DNA of 63,000 nucleotides, counting the filler, from Collodictyon triciliatum (taxonomy: Eukaryota): NCBI GenBank assembly GCA_043381765.1. It is 13 parts of 13 records of this genome, joined end to end, with 100 filler letters (N's around TTAATTAATTAA, not from the genome) between each part and the next. Parts side by side here need not be neighbours in the genome. Positions count along the whole stretch, not along the records: positions 51,123 to 55,844 come from JBHJMP010005824.1; positions 55,945 to 60,660 come from JBHJMP010005825.1; positions 60,761 to 63,000 come from JBHJMP010005930.1; 10 more parts are not named here. The stretch is one strand, 5' to 3'. Below, piece by piece: positions 52,894 to 63,000 of the stretch. Position numbers and translations under genes: made by a program. The notes under the pieces are model-generated. The model saw nothing but the letters and a program-made list of their open reading frames with translations, did no database searches and had not been told where the DNA came from. Each line of letters starts with the position of its first letter. Position 1 is the stretch's first letter.

Positions 52894-54833
52894 ATGAAGA
52901 AAAGAAAACGTCTTGGGTCTGAGAAACTAAAGTATGTAAAACCACCTTATCGAAATGTAAAAACAAATCTAAAGTCGATTGTAAATAATGCGGATGACTA
53001 TGGCAAAATCAACGATGCGGTTTTATTGTGTCATAATTTGGTTACCGAAACTTATCTGTTTGCAAGGTGGTACATATTGAAATCACAACTCCCAACAATC
53101 GATGAAATGTTTTTTTTATTTTATTTTTTGTACGCTTTAAAGACTGTCGGAATTGTTTCACAAGATAGACCCGCATTTTTAAAACAACCAGATATAAGTA
53201 AAGATATGACGACTTTTTATCTCCATGATTTTCGATTCCTTTTGTCCCGAAAAGAACGATTTCTGTTGGTTAGAGTGTCTCGTGTATCACCGTACCTGGC
53301 GAAGCAAATGTTAACAGCTTATCATAATAACATTAAGGAACATTTTGTAAAGAGGTTACTGCGCTTTATAAATCAAATAGTACCTAAATATGATATTATT
53401 ACGGAACCTATTAAAAAAAAAAGCCAGAGCTACGAAAGTTAAAAAAGCCATCTTCAAGAAACTCGAAATACTGGAACAATATAAAGGATGAGCTGCAATG
53501 CATTTGCATCATATCATTTCCAGCGATATTGTAAAAACTATCGAATATAACGTCAAAGTCAATCCAAATAAGTGCATACTATGTCTGATTTACATGAATC
53601 GCATTTTTGAGGACACCGGAACCAAACTGTTTCAACCAATCCCTACAAGAACTACCGATATACCATTTTATATTAATCTAGATATTGCATGTTTGATATA
53701 TATATTAGTATCAACTGGAAAAACACTATTAAAGTAGAATATGTCAGGATGCAAAGATACCCTGTGGGATGAGTTCTTTGAAATGAAGAAGAGAGTCTTT
53801 CATCAAAGAGACTACAATTTTAAATACATGATACAAACAGGCGGCTTGGCGGTGTCATTATTGTTTGAAAAGAAAGGTATTTCAAATTCAAAATCCAAAT
53901 ATAATACCCCCCAAGAATATGTTTACATAGATGAACTTTCCGAAGGGCAGTTATCTTTATTAGCAAAAAAAATTGTTGGAGCGGACGCAGGCAAGTTTGA
54001 TTTGGTTTACATGGTGGATGAGACAGGTAAGAAATTACGTTACACGGCACACCAAAGAAGACGTGATAGCAAATCTCTAAAAAATCACAAAATACTCTTG
54101 CGCGAGAAAAAAGAAAAGTACAATGCTCCAGGGATATGGATGGAAACAGATTTACAGAATGCTGTTTCTTTTGGCCTCAGGACTTTTGAAGAGAATCAAC
54201 AGTTTGAGACATCAAGATTATCTTTAATCGATTTAGAGACAGAATCGAGTAAACATAATTCATGCACGGTCGACTATGAAAAATAGAAAATATGTATCTA
54301 TGAAATCAAGTTACCAGATAGAATTATCCAGATTTTATGAATAAGTGACTTTTCGAAAGATGAGATGGAGAAAGTATGCTAATACGAAAAGAAGTGAACA
54401 ATTGGTCATGGACAGAATCGAAAAGGCATTTGGCATGGATGTTGTACTGCCGTATGGAGACTGTAGCAGAAAATCTCCAATGAAACATTTTATGACAATA
54501 ATCGGAAGAGGATTACGAAAAATACTATCCAAACGTTTTGAACCAGTTATTGCAGATGAATTTAGAACCTCCAAGATGTGCTACAACGCGAATAAGAACT
54601 GGAATATATGACACTGAAAGGAAATTCAAAAAAAAGTGTATAGATGTCACATATGTAAAGAATGCAATCGCTCAGAAAGCAACCAAAGTGTATTCTTGAC
54701 AATGGACTTTAACAGCGGTAAAAATATACTCAAGAAAGGTCTTTTAACCCTTCAAAAAATGCATACACCTTCCTCTAAAAAACAGGCTGTCGGGTCTTTC
54801 CTGGCAGCCTACACCACTACACAACCTTTGTGA
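52894..54833 (+). pseudogene. Fanzor1 (TnpB-related RNA-guided RuvC endonuclease), disrupted
   Basis: N-terminal VKTNLKSIV..YLFARWY..NNIKEHF; IQTGGLAVSLLF; RuvC-I IVGADAG (Asp codon 53984); FY..FRKMRW..Y; YGD..GRGLRK; RuvC-II DEFRTSKMC (Glu codon 54558); CxxC zinc-finger half CKEC; RuvC-III TMDFNSGKNI (Asp codon 54705); several in-frame stops and frameshifts. Confidence 0.9.
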
Positions 54834-54907
54834 AAAAAAGTGGTGAGACCTTGGATACTAGTGCACCAGATTTACCATTCGAAAGATTGGTATACTCCTT
54901 CTAGTAT
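54784..54907 (+). ncRNA. Candidate Fanzor omega-RNA scaffold
   Basis: Three consecutive hairpins overlapping and following the ORF end: AGGCTGTCGGG/CCTGGCAGCCT; CACCACT+CACAA/TTGTG+AGTGGTG; ATACTAG..TACCATTC-GAAA-GATTGGTA..CTAGTAT. Confidence 0.6.
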
Positions 54908-55369
54908 TTAAATAATGTTGTACTCAACTAAAAAAAAAGCATGATAAATCGGACGAACTCACGAAAGTGGAGATGCCATAAGACAACTCTGTGGCATCTT
55001 TTTTTCTTTTTTTTTTTAATAACAAAAGATACGATAACGAAAAGGGCAAATAAAATTATATAAAAAAGACAAGTACAACCAGAATATGGATTTATTGGTC
55101 GTTTAAGTTTGGGACTGAACAAAAAAATCTGCATGTTTCTCATTTATAATTATAATTTTGTATAATATATATGTATTTTGGAATCTTGGAATCTTAATAA
55201 TAAACATAACACCTAGGTTTTCTCGAGAAAAAAGCTTGCGATACAGCATGACAAATTGTCGAATAAAAATCAACGTCAAAGTGTAAAAACAAACACAAAA
55301 AAAACGTCAAAATATTAAAAAAAAAAAAAAAAAGTATAGAAATGTGTTACGGAGAATCAAAAATATAAA

Positions 55370-55844
55370 ATCAAGACGCTCTCTAAGCCGCCTACAGAGG
55401 GAGGACTGGGACTCATAACGCCTGGTATTGCATGGACATCGCTCACGATGAGATGGTGGGCAGATATGCTTACCCATCCGAAAGGATTCTGGCAGCGTGG
55501 AATGTGGCACCTCATCCATCGCATATGCCCGAACTTCAAGGCACAGCTCTGTGAGAGCAGAATCCCATCACCGCCACCTAACACTCCTGAACCGCTACTA
55601 GCGCGGTGGAAGGTTCTGTATGAAAACTGTGAAATGTGCGAGTCTACCCAACTACAAGCTGTTACGGGGCCAGCTTTGCTGGGATAGAGCAAAAGGCTTC
55701 TGTATCATCAAGTCGAGAGAAGGAAGCAGCTCCTTCATCCTGTAACAAGTCACATTCCAAAAGGATGGGAGCTTCGCACCGTCGAAAAATGCAACGATAT
55801 TTCACTCCTCGAATGCAACCCCAACCACAGCCGTCCTGAACAAC
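55370..55844 (+). mobile_element. L1/Tx1-like non-LTR retrotransposon ORF2 fragment (post-RT region), 5'-truncated
   Basis: IKTLSKPPTEGGLGLITP..LTMRWW, the PxxxGGLGL motif that follows RT in L1-clade ORF2; later in-frame stop. Confidence 0.65.
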
Positions 55845-55944
55845 NNNNNNNNNNNNNNNNNNNNNNNNNNNNNNNNNNNNNNNNNNNNTTAATTAATTAA
55901 NNNNNNNNNNNNNNNNNNNNNNNNNNNNNNNNNNNNNNNNNNNN

Positions 55945-56951
55945 TCACACTGATGATTTGCTTTGCCGCGGGCGCGCTTCTGGGCGATGCCTTCTTCCAT
56001 CTCATTCCCGAAACCTTCCACCTGATTGAAGAAGGCAGCCACGGGGACGAGCATCACGACGAACACGACGACCACAACGACACCATCGCAGACGCGGGTC
56101 CGGATGCCGGGGGCCGGCGGGTCTTTGGCGTGGGGCTGAGTGCCGTTGCGAATGCGGTGCGGGTGGCTGTGCGGGCGGGAGACGAGGACGCAGACCACGA
56201 TGACCACGGCCATGGAGAAGAAGAACAAGAGGAAGAAGAAGACGACCACGACCACGCCGCTTCCATTGTCCCGATGCTCTGTCTGATGTTCGGCTTCTTC
56301 ATCTTCTTCCTGCTCGAGACGTATCTGCATTCGCGCTGCCACGACCACGGCCTGGAAAACTCCCCAAACACAGCTCGTGTTGGGCACAGCGACGAGGCCG
56401 ATAATGCGTCGCATTCGCACTCCCACTCGCATCCCCATGCGAATCCCATTGCCCACTTGGAGGACGGAATCCATCCAAAGGTCGAGAACGTCCTCGAGGC
56501 GCCGCCTGTCGGGCTCATGATGATTCTCTCGGATGCGCTGCATAACTTTGTGGACGGCCTGGCCATCGGCTCGGCCTTCAGCTCCAGCTTCAACACGGGC
56601 ATTGCCACAAGTGTGGCCATCATAGCCCACGAGGTCCCCGCTGAGTTGGGCGAGATGGCTGTTCTCTTGTCGTCCGGATACTCGAAGCTCCAGGCTGTCT
56701 GTCTGAATCTGCTCAGTGGCTCGACTTCGCTTCTGGGTGCCGTTATTGGGGTGGTTGTTGGGGAAAACATCGACAATGCGGAGCAGTATATTCTGCCGAT
56801 AGTTGCGGGCGGGTTCATCTATATCTCGTGTGTCGACTTGCTCTCGGGGATTCTCAGCTCCCATGGAACGTCGCCCATACTCTTGCGGTGGAAGCTGCTT
56901 GCCATCTGGGTCGGCATTGCAATTATGATTGGTATCACTTATCTTGAATAA
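55945..56951 (+). CDS. ZIP (SLC39, LIV-1-like) metal transporter, N-terminal ~39 aa absent from contig start
   Basis: FAAGALLGDAFFHLIPE, His/Asp-rich loops, DALHNFVDGLAIG, HEVPAELGE, AGGFIYISCVDLL. Confidence 0.95.
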
Positions 56952-58060
56952 TTAATTATTCCTTTTTATTAAAAAAAAATGAGGCCTATTCATATGCGCG
57001 CGGATAGTTGAGATACCTCAGCATATTCTTCTTTACCGTGGAAGAGGGGGGCCTTTTCACCTGTTTTTTTTCTTTTACAAAAAAAAACAACGAATAATTA
57101 AATACTTTCTTCCTGCCCCATAGTCCCTCATCCTCTGATTCCTTCTATTTTTTTTTCCCCATATAAAAAATGATAAGAATTCCACCTGGGATGATACATC
57201 TTTTTAAATCGTTGAACTCACCTGAATAAACTTAAAATAAATAAATAAAAAAAAAAGCTCGACCGAAATGGTTGCTTTTCAAACAAACCTGGCAGCTCCT
57301 GCTCACACTATTACAGAACTGCAGCACAAGGTCGCATGAATCTGTGTATTAATTTTAAACAATGGTGAGTAACAGTTTATGAAAATGTGGGTGTTATGGA
57401 TTTATTTCCTTGTAAATACCTACCGACCGCATTTTGATGGTGCAAGTTTCTCATATCATCACTTTGTGTTGTTGTAGTGGGAGTGGCATTATAAGACCAA
57501 CTATAAGAGTTGTACATCATGACAGATTCGTATAATGTGAGAGCCATGAATATTTTCACACAAAGACGGGATAATTGGAATCTGTCATGCATGTGGGTTA
57601 TATGGTGATGTGAAGCTAAATGCTAGAGTATCAAAAACTTAGCTGTGTACGATTTCTCTCAAAGCTTCATGACTACAATAGATTAGTGACGAAAGCACCT
57701 TCCAAAAGATAAACAGTAGATTTTGGGATGAAAATAATAAGAAAAAAAACAAAGGAAACTATTTATCTTTGTTAAACACAAAAATCAAACGACCCGACAA
57801 ACAAATCATCATGAACGAAGGCTTTTATTCTGTTAATACGATTGATGTAAATTCCTTTGCATTCGTCTGATGAAATGATATGGAAGAAACCAAAGGAAAA
57901 TAAAAAAAGAAACGAAGTGGTGAGGAAATCATCTGCCAATATATAGTGGAAGGAAGGAGGAGCGAAAAAAAATAAAAGAAAAACTCCCTGGTGCTGGAGC
58001 TCCGGGCCTCCGTAAATCGCACCTATCACCATGAACGAAGCATGCAATCTTTTTCTTCTC

Positions 58061-59209
58061 CTATTCGAGGTAGGATATACCAATCATGACACCTATGCCG
58101 ACCCAAATCGCCAGAAGCTTCCACTTTGTAGACACTGGGGAGGCCTCATGGGAGTTCAATATGCCGGACAACAGGTCGACACAGGATATGTAGATAAAGC
58201 CACCAGCTACAATAGGAAGGATGTAAAGCTCTGCATTCTCTATGTTGTCACCAATCACAATTCCAATAATCGTGCCAAGGATGGCAGTTGTGCCACTGAG
58301 CAGATTCAAGGTTACGGCCTGCATCTTGGAATAGCCAGAAGAGAGCAACACTGCCATCTCCCCGAGTTCGGCGGGAATCTCGTGTGCGACAATCGCAACA
58401 GTGGTTGCTATCCCAGTGTTGAAGCTTGAGCTGAAAGCCGAGCCGATGGCCAATCCATCCACAAAGTTGTGGAGTCCGTCGGACAGAATCATCATCAAGC
58501 CGATGGGCGGTGCCTTGAGGATGTCCTCGACTTGGCCTTTCTCATGGTCTCTCTCTGTGTATGGGTGGAAAGGTGGGTGGGCATGGGAAATCAAACCACC
58601 TGTGGCGTCGACTTTTTCGTCAGCCCTTAGTGGGCGCCGTTCAGCTTCCGGGCTCTCCATGCCGTGGTCATGGCACCGGGAATGGAGGTATGTCTCCAAG
58701 AGGAAGAACATAAAGAAACCAAACATCAAGCAGAGCATTGGGACAATGCTGTTTGAGTGGCTGTGCTCCTCTTCGTCATCCTCCTCCTCGTGGTCGTGGT
58801 CATGGTCATGGTCGTCTTCTGATTTAAACCCAGTTGTCCTCAAGACAGCGTGAGCAGCTGCACTTACTCCCAGAGCCAACTTGTGCTGACCTAAACCAGC
58901 AGCAGCCTGTGTGAGGCTTATGCCAGGACTGGGACTTGGGTCTGCGATGGTGTCGTTGTGGTCGTGGTCGTGGTCGTGGTCATGGTCGTGGTCATGGCTA
59001 TCTTCTTCAATCAAGTGGAAGGTCTCTGGAATGAGATGGAAGAACGTATCTCCAAGGAGCGCCCCAGCGGCGAAGCAAATCATCAAGGTAAAGACAGTCT
59101 TCTTGTATTCAGAGCCCAGAAGCGGAAGAAGGGCAAGTCCTACAAGAGAGAGGACGCTCACAATTACACTAGCGACGATTGCAGAGACCCATTCCTCTGT
59201 GTTGGCCAT
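58061..59209 (-). CDS. ZIP (SLC39, LIV-1-like) metal transporter, complete, intronless
   Basis: 382 aa; same motifs with (HD)n tracts; close paralogue of 55945-56951. Confidence 0.95.
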   Translation of the reverse strand: MANTEEWVSAIVASVIVSVLSLVGLALLPLLGSEYKKTVFTLMICFAAGALLGDTFFHLIPETFHLIEEDSHDHDHDHDHDHDHNDTIADPSPSPGISLTQAAAGLGQHKLALGVSAAAHAVLRTTGFKSEDDHDHDHDHEEEDDEEEHSHSNSIVPMLCLMFGFFMFFLLETYLHSRCHDHGMESPEAERRPLRADEKVDATGGLISHAHPPFHPYTERDHEKGQVEDILKAPPIGLMMILSDGLHNFVDGLAIGSAFSSSFNTGIATTVAIVAHEIPAELGEMAVLLSSGYSKMQAVTLNLLSGTTAILGTIIGIVIGDNIENAELYILPIVAGGFIYISCVDLLSGILNSHEASPVSTKWKLLAIWVGIGVMIGISYLE

Positions 59210-60546
59210 CTCTCTTGTGCTGTCTGGTGACTCTTTCCGTCCTTCCTGGAAGGGTGTTTACTGCGTAAGCGGAATTAAATGGATGAAGGTAAGGATTTGT
59301 TTGAACATTAGGATTCTTTGATACAAAGGTTGATGTGGAGACGTATACAGGTCATGTGTTTGATGCAACAATCGGTTGTAGATGTTTTGAGGGTTTTCCC
59401 ATCCTTTCCATCAGTGATGCATCAATTGATGTATGCGGTGCTAATTTGGCGATCGTTTGCTTCTTCTTCTCTTCCTTCCTCTTCACAACCTTCTGCCTGT
59501 GATTTGGCCCTTTGATTGTGTGATCTGGAGATGCCAATCACAACCCAACCATCAACAACACACACAACAAAGTGCAAAGAGGCTGTCGCACACCCTCTTC
59601 ATATACGGTCACGGCTATTTAAACTGGTGTGGTCTTTTTCTATAAAGCACGAGACAGTAATTTACATGTGCAAACAACAAAACATTAATTCCATCGTTCC
59701 TTTCCATGCAAGAGAATATTCCAACACAGGAGAGAAAAATAGGATTCCCCGGTGGCTCTCTCCCTTATTAAATCTCCGCTCACGGGCCTTTTTCTGCGCT
59801 ATGAAATACCATTTTTTATGTTCATGTAATTTATTTTTTAAAAAAAAAGTTCACATCTCCCGGCGGTATTGGCAGGTGCATTCATTTCAATATATCGAGA
59901 CACAAGATAGCACACAAGACCACTCTATCGCTCTATCCCAACAGGGCAAAGGGAGGGAAAGGAAAGGAAAGGAAAGGAAACTGAAATGATAAGAATAAAT
60001 AAGAAAAGAAAAGAAAAAGAGAAGAGGAACGCACCCGTTTAACAATCTCTTTGCCCTGCACCCATCCAACACCATCGGCCTCACTCCACCCTCGAAGCGC
60101 GCTTGTGTTCTTCTCCGAAGGCCAACCCAACGCCCACGAGGCCACATGAATCAGGAAATCGTTTGTTCTTTCCTTTCTGCCGGATGGAATTCGTGACTTC
60201 ATTTTCTGCACACAGACCAAAACCCAGCACGCGAAGCCTTTTCATGCGTGCAGCCCAAGCATACGAGCCCACAAAGGCCAGATATAATCCTCAACGCAAG
60301 CTTCTCACGCTTTCATTCACACAGCCATGAATCAACTGCTCATCGAATGACTGACTCGCAAGCAAGAAAACCCTCGACCAAAGATGAATCACAACAGCAG
60401 CAAAGAAGGAAGGAGAAGGCCAAGCACTTGAGAGCGACGACTAACTCATAGCTGCCCCTCCACCACGACCAGATAAAAGAAAGAGAAAGAGAAAAGAAAC
60501 CTCTTCACACCACCCGAAGCAGAGACAAAGAAGAAGAACCCTCCAA

Positions 60547-60660
60547 ATGGCCGATTCAGAAACATGGGGGTCGGCCATCCTGGCCAGCATCATTGTGAGC
60601 CTGCTTTCGCTGGTGGGGCTTTTCCTGCTGCCGCTGATGACGTCCACACACCGCAAACTC
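60547..60660 (+). CDS. First 38 codons of a ZIP transporter, cut by the contig end
   Basis: MADSETWGSAILASIIVSLLSLVGLFLLPLMTSTHRKL aligns without gaps to residues 1-38 of the 58061-59209 protein. Confidence 0.88.
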
Positions 60661-60760
60661 NNNNNNNNNNNNNNNNNNNNNNNNNNNNNNNNNNNNNNNN
60701 NNNNTTAATTAATTAANNNNNNNNNNNNNNNNNNNNNNNNNNNNNNNNNNNNNNNNNNNN

Positions 60761-60947
60761 AAGAGAAGAGAAGAGAAGAGAAGAGAAGAGAAGAGAAGAG
60801 AAGAGAAGAGAAGAGAAGAGAAGAGAAGAGAAGAGAAGAGAAGAGAAGAGAAGAGAGATGAGAGAAGAGATGAGAGAAGAGAGATGAGAGAAGAGAGAAG
60901 AGAGAAGAGAGAAGAGAGAAGAGAGAAGAGAGAAGAGAGAAGAGAAG
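60761..60947 (+). repeat. (AAGAG)n-type purine repeat
   Basis: Pentamer run grading into 7-mer variants. Confidence 0.92.
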
Positions 60948-62875
60948 ACCTCCTGTCAAAGTGTTGATATGAAAAACATCGAGGTTCCACATTAGCGGAC
61001 CAGAGCCACTCAGTAATTTCGAGAGTTGAAATTGCTCACTAAAATTTAAAATATATTTGAATGATTATATGTCCGCATTATGTGCGTGTTTTTAGTGTAT
61101 GCTTAATGAGGTGACTAACCCGGTCATAGCCGAGATGGGGGTCACGGCATTTGGCAGAATCAACCTATTGCACATCGAGTTGAATTACATTAGGTGCCTC
61201 GAAATATGCTTGACTATATTTCAAAATTGTGCGCATACGTATTAAATGTTCAATCAATCCATGAAACAAACCCTGATGAAAATGATTCGTGTGATGCCGA
61301 GAGTCTGTTTTTATCCTTTGAAGCAAGCTCATAAAATAACCAGGATTGAGTCTCCTGGTCGATTTCTAAGACAAACCAGTTAAGAAAATCGAAATCGCGT
61401 ATTTTAATGGTGGTAGGTTTCTATTGACTTACGCGCTGTTCCCTGGTTCAGTTGGAGTGACAGATTGGGAGCAAAGATGTTGCTTCCTGACCTTAGAGTC
61501 TGTATGATTTTATCAACAATTTCGGTCTGATCTGGGTTCAGGGCTGCGAGAGAAGGAGAAAAAAAACCAGCTTAGAGAATTAATCCATAGTGGTTGTCTC
61601 ATTCAAATTAAAGTGTCAAATGTTATCCATCTAGTATTATCTGGTATACTAGTTGCAAGGTCGCCCAGCATGTTAAGTATTTTCTCAAGTCCAGAGTCCA
61701 AGTCTACTTTCTGGTCAGGCATCCTGCAAATAACCAAGCATTTAAAGCGAAATACGAGATGTGTTCTATTTTCTCCTTTTTTTTATTATATAAGATACAA
61801 AAAAAAAACATGTACGCAATTTCTTAAATATATATATAAATACCAATAAATACTTTGATTTTAGGCTTAGCCGGTGCAGCTCGTGCTTCAGTTTGGAATT
61901 GTCCTTCTCCATTTTTTTGGAGAAGATAAAGTTGTCTCTCAGGTAATTCTCTGTCTTTCTGGCAAATATTGCAAAGATAAAGATGGCGATAAGCATGGGG
62001 ATTGTGAAGCCAAAGTACTGGTAAATGTTCCTGGGGATCCCAAAGGCAACCTGAGCCACAAAATAGGATACGAAAGATGCAAAGAAGACAACGACGCAGC
62101 CTTTGAAGCAGAGCCTGCAGAAAATTGGGATGCCGCTGTAGACCACGAGGATGAACGAGAGGATGATGTGCAAATCCTGATCCAGTCGGATCCAGCATGC
62201 AGCAAAGGTGGGCGCAATCGAGAGCACAAAGCAATACACAGCCGTGGTTTCGTGCATATGGTCTGCAAAGAATGTTGTGAACGAGAATGCAAAGCAAAGC
62301 AGCCCGGGAATCAGCACAGTGAGGATTGTGATGAGCGAGAGCGGAACGCGGTCGTGGGGCCATTTGATTGCGGCAGAAGGCAGACCGACGCATGTGATGG
62401 TGATTGCTGAAATCAGATAGATGCGGCGGATGTTTGCATGGAATCGGCGGTAGAAATACTGGCGATATTCTTTCTCCGTGAACGGGTCTGCAAACTCGGG
62501 CACGTATCGCTTGCGGAGACTGACTAAAGAGTACGAGTTGAGTGGCGGAGTTGCCCCGAGATTCGCTTGGGAGTCGCCGAGTTTTGCGTCAGAGTGTGAT
62601 GAGTCGCTTGAGCTGTTTGCATTTGCATTTGCATTTGCATTTGAGTTTGCATTTGAGTTTGCATTTGTGTTTACGTTTGTGTTTGTGTTTGTGTTTGTGT
62701 TTGTGTTTGTGTTGGACTGTGGATTGGAGACGGAGTTGAGTGGGATGACTGCGTTGCTGCTGAGACTGAGGCTGTTGCTGCTGCTTGCGTACAGAGACGG
62801 CGGCTCCTTTGTGAGGCGATAGACTCCGGAACTGTCCATTCGCACAACGCGTGCGGTGGCGGAAGGCGGCGGCAT
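60948..62875 (-). CDS. Membrane-bound class I cyclic-nucleotide phosphodiesterase, 5' part (about 6 TM helices plus start of catalytic region)
   Basis: FADPFTEKEY, six hydrophobic segments, ExxxRxxF; later exons VDLDSGLEK, EIDQETQSWL and WNLDVFHINTLTGG (cf. WxFD[IV]F at the start of PDE catalytic domains); the HD motif is beyond the contig. Confidence 0.7.
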
Positions 62876-63000
62876 TGGCTGCGTGTGTCCCCTTCTTTTT
62901 TCTTTTTTTTTATTCGGTTATTGTTTGGGTGGTTATTAGGCAGAGTGTATAATGCGCAACTTTCTACAGTTTGCTTTTTCTTTATGTTTATTTTTTTTTT

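Noticed and set aside
53480-54345. Stop-codon reassignment (TAA/TAG as Gln, TGA as Trp) as the explanation for in-frame stops in the Fanzor, viral and LRR genes
   Set aside because: Intact host genes end in TAG (carrier, ZIP), TAA (IMPase, PP2C, ZIP) and TGA (RBR, NHL), and the Fanzor and viral genes also have frameshifts, so decay is the simpler explanation
19309-54930. Physical linkage of the Fanzor locus and the virus-like contig into one system
   Set aside because: They are on different contigs separated by artificial linkers; only an ecological link through giant-virus infection can be hypothesised
55893-56864. Long antisense ORFs over the ZIP and PDE genes (also 56054-56818, 58401-58853, 61874-62410)
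   Set aside because: Shadow frames of GC-rich coding sequence

Overview
This is not one continuous locus. It holds 13 short contigs from an AT-rich, intron-rich microbial eukaryote (amoeba-like gene content; organism not identifiable), joined by 100-nt N44-TTAATTAATTAA-N44 linkers. Host genes include an SLC25 mitochondrial carrier, inositol monophosphatase, an LRR-PP2C phosphatase, an RNF14-type RBR ligase, a CH/DUF4062/NACHT protein, an NHL propeller, LIV-1 ZIP transporters and a membrane cyclic-nucleotide phosphodiesterase, plus L1-like retrotransposon debris. Three regions stand out. (1) 52.8-54.9 kb: a degenerate Fanzor1 (eukaryotic TnpB-related RNA-guided nuclease) gene that keeps its RuvC D-E-D triad, followed by a three-hairpin candidate omega-RNA, with a mimivirus-type AAAATTGA motif upstream and a Helitron-like hairpin-CTAG end. 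(2) 19.3-26.9 kb: an intronless Polinton-like-virus/virophage-like contig with a penton-like gene end, an intact phage-type fibre gene, a disrupted ~1500-codon coiled-coil gene and a 32-bp palindrome between convergent stops. (3) 55.9-60.7 kb: a ZIP contig whose end rejoins its own start with only 4 nt missing, implying a ~4.72-kb tandem or circular unit. All calls come from motif recognition by eye; no database searches were run, and exon boundaries are approximate.
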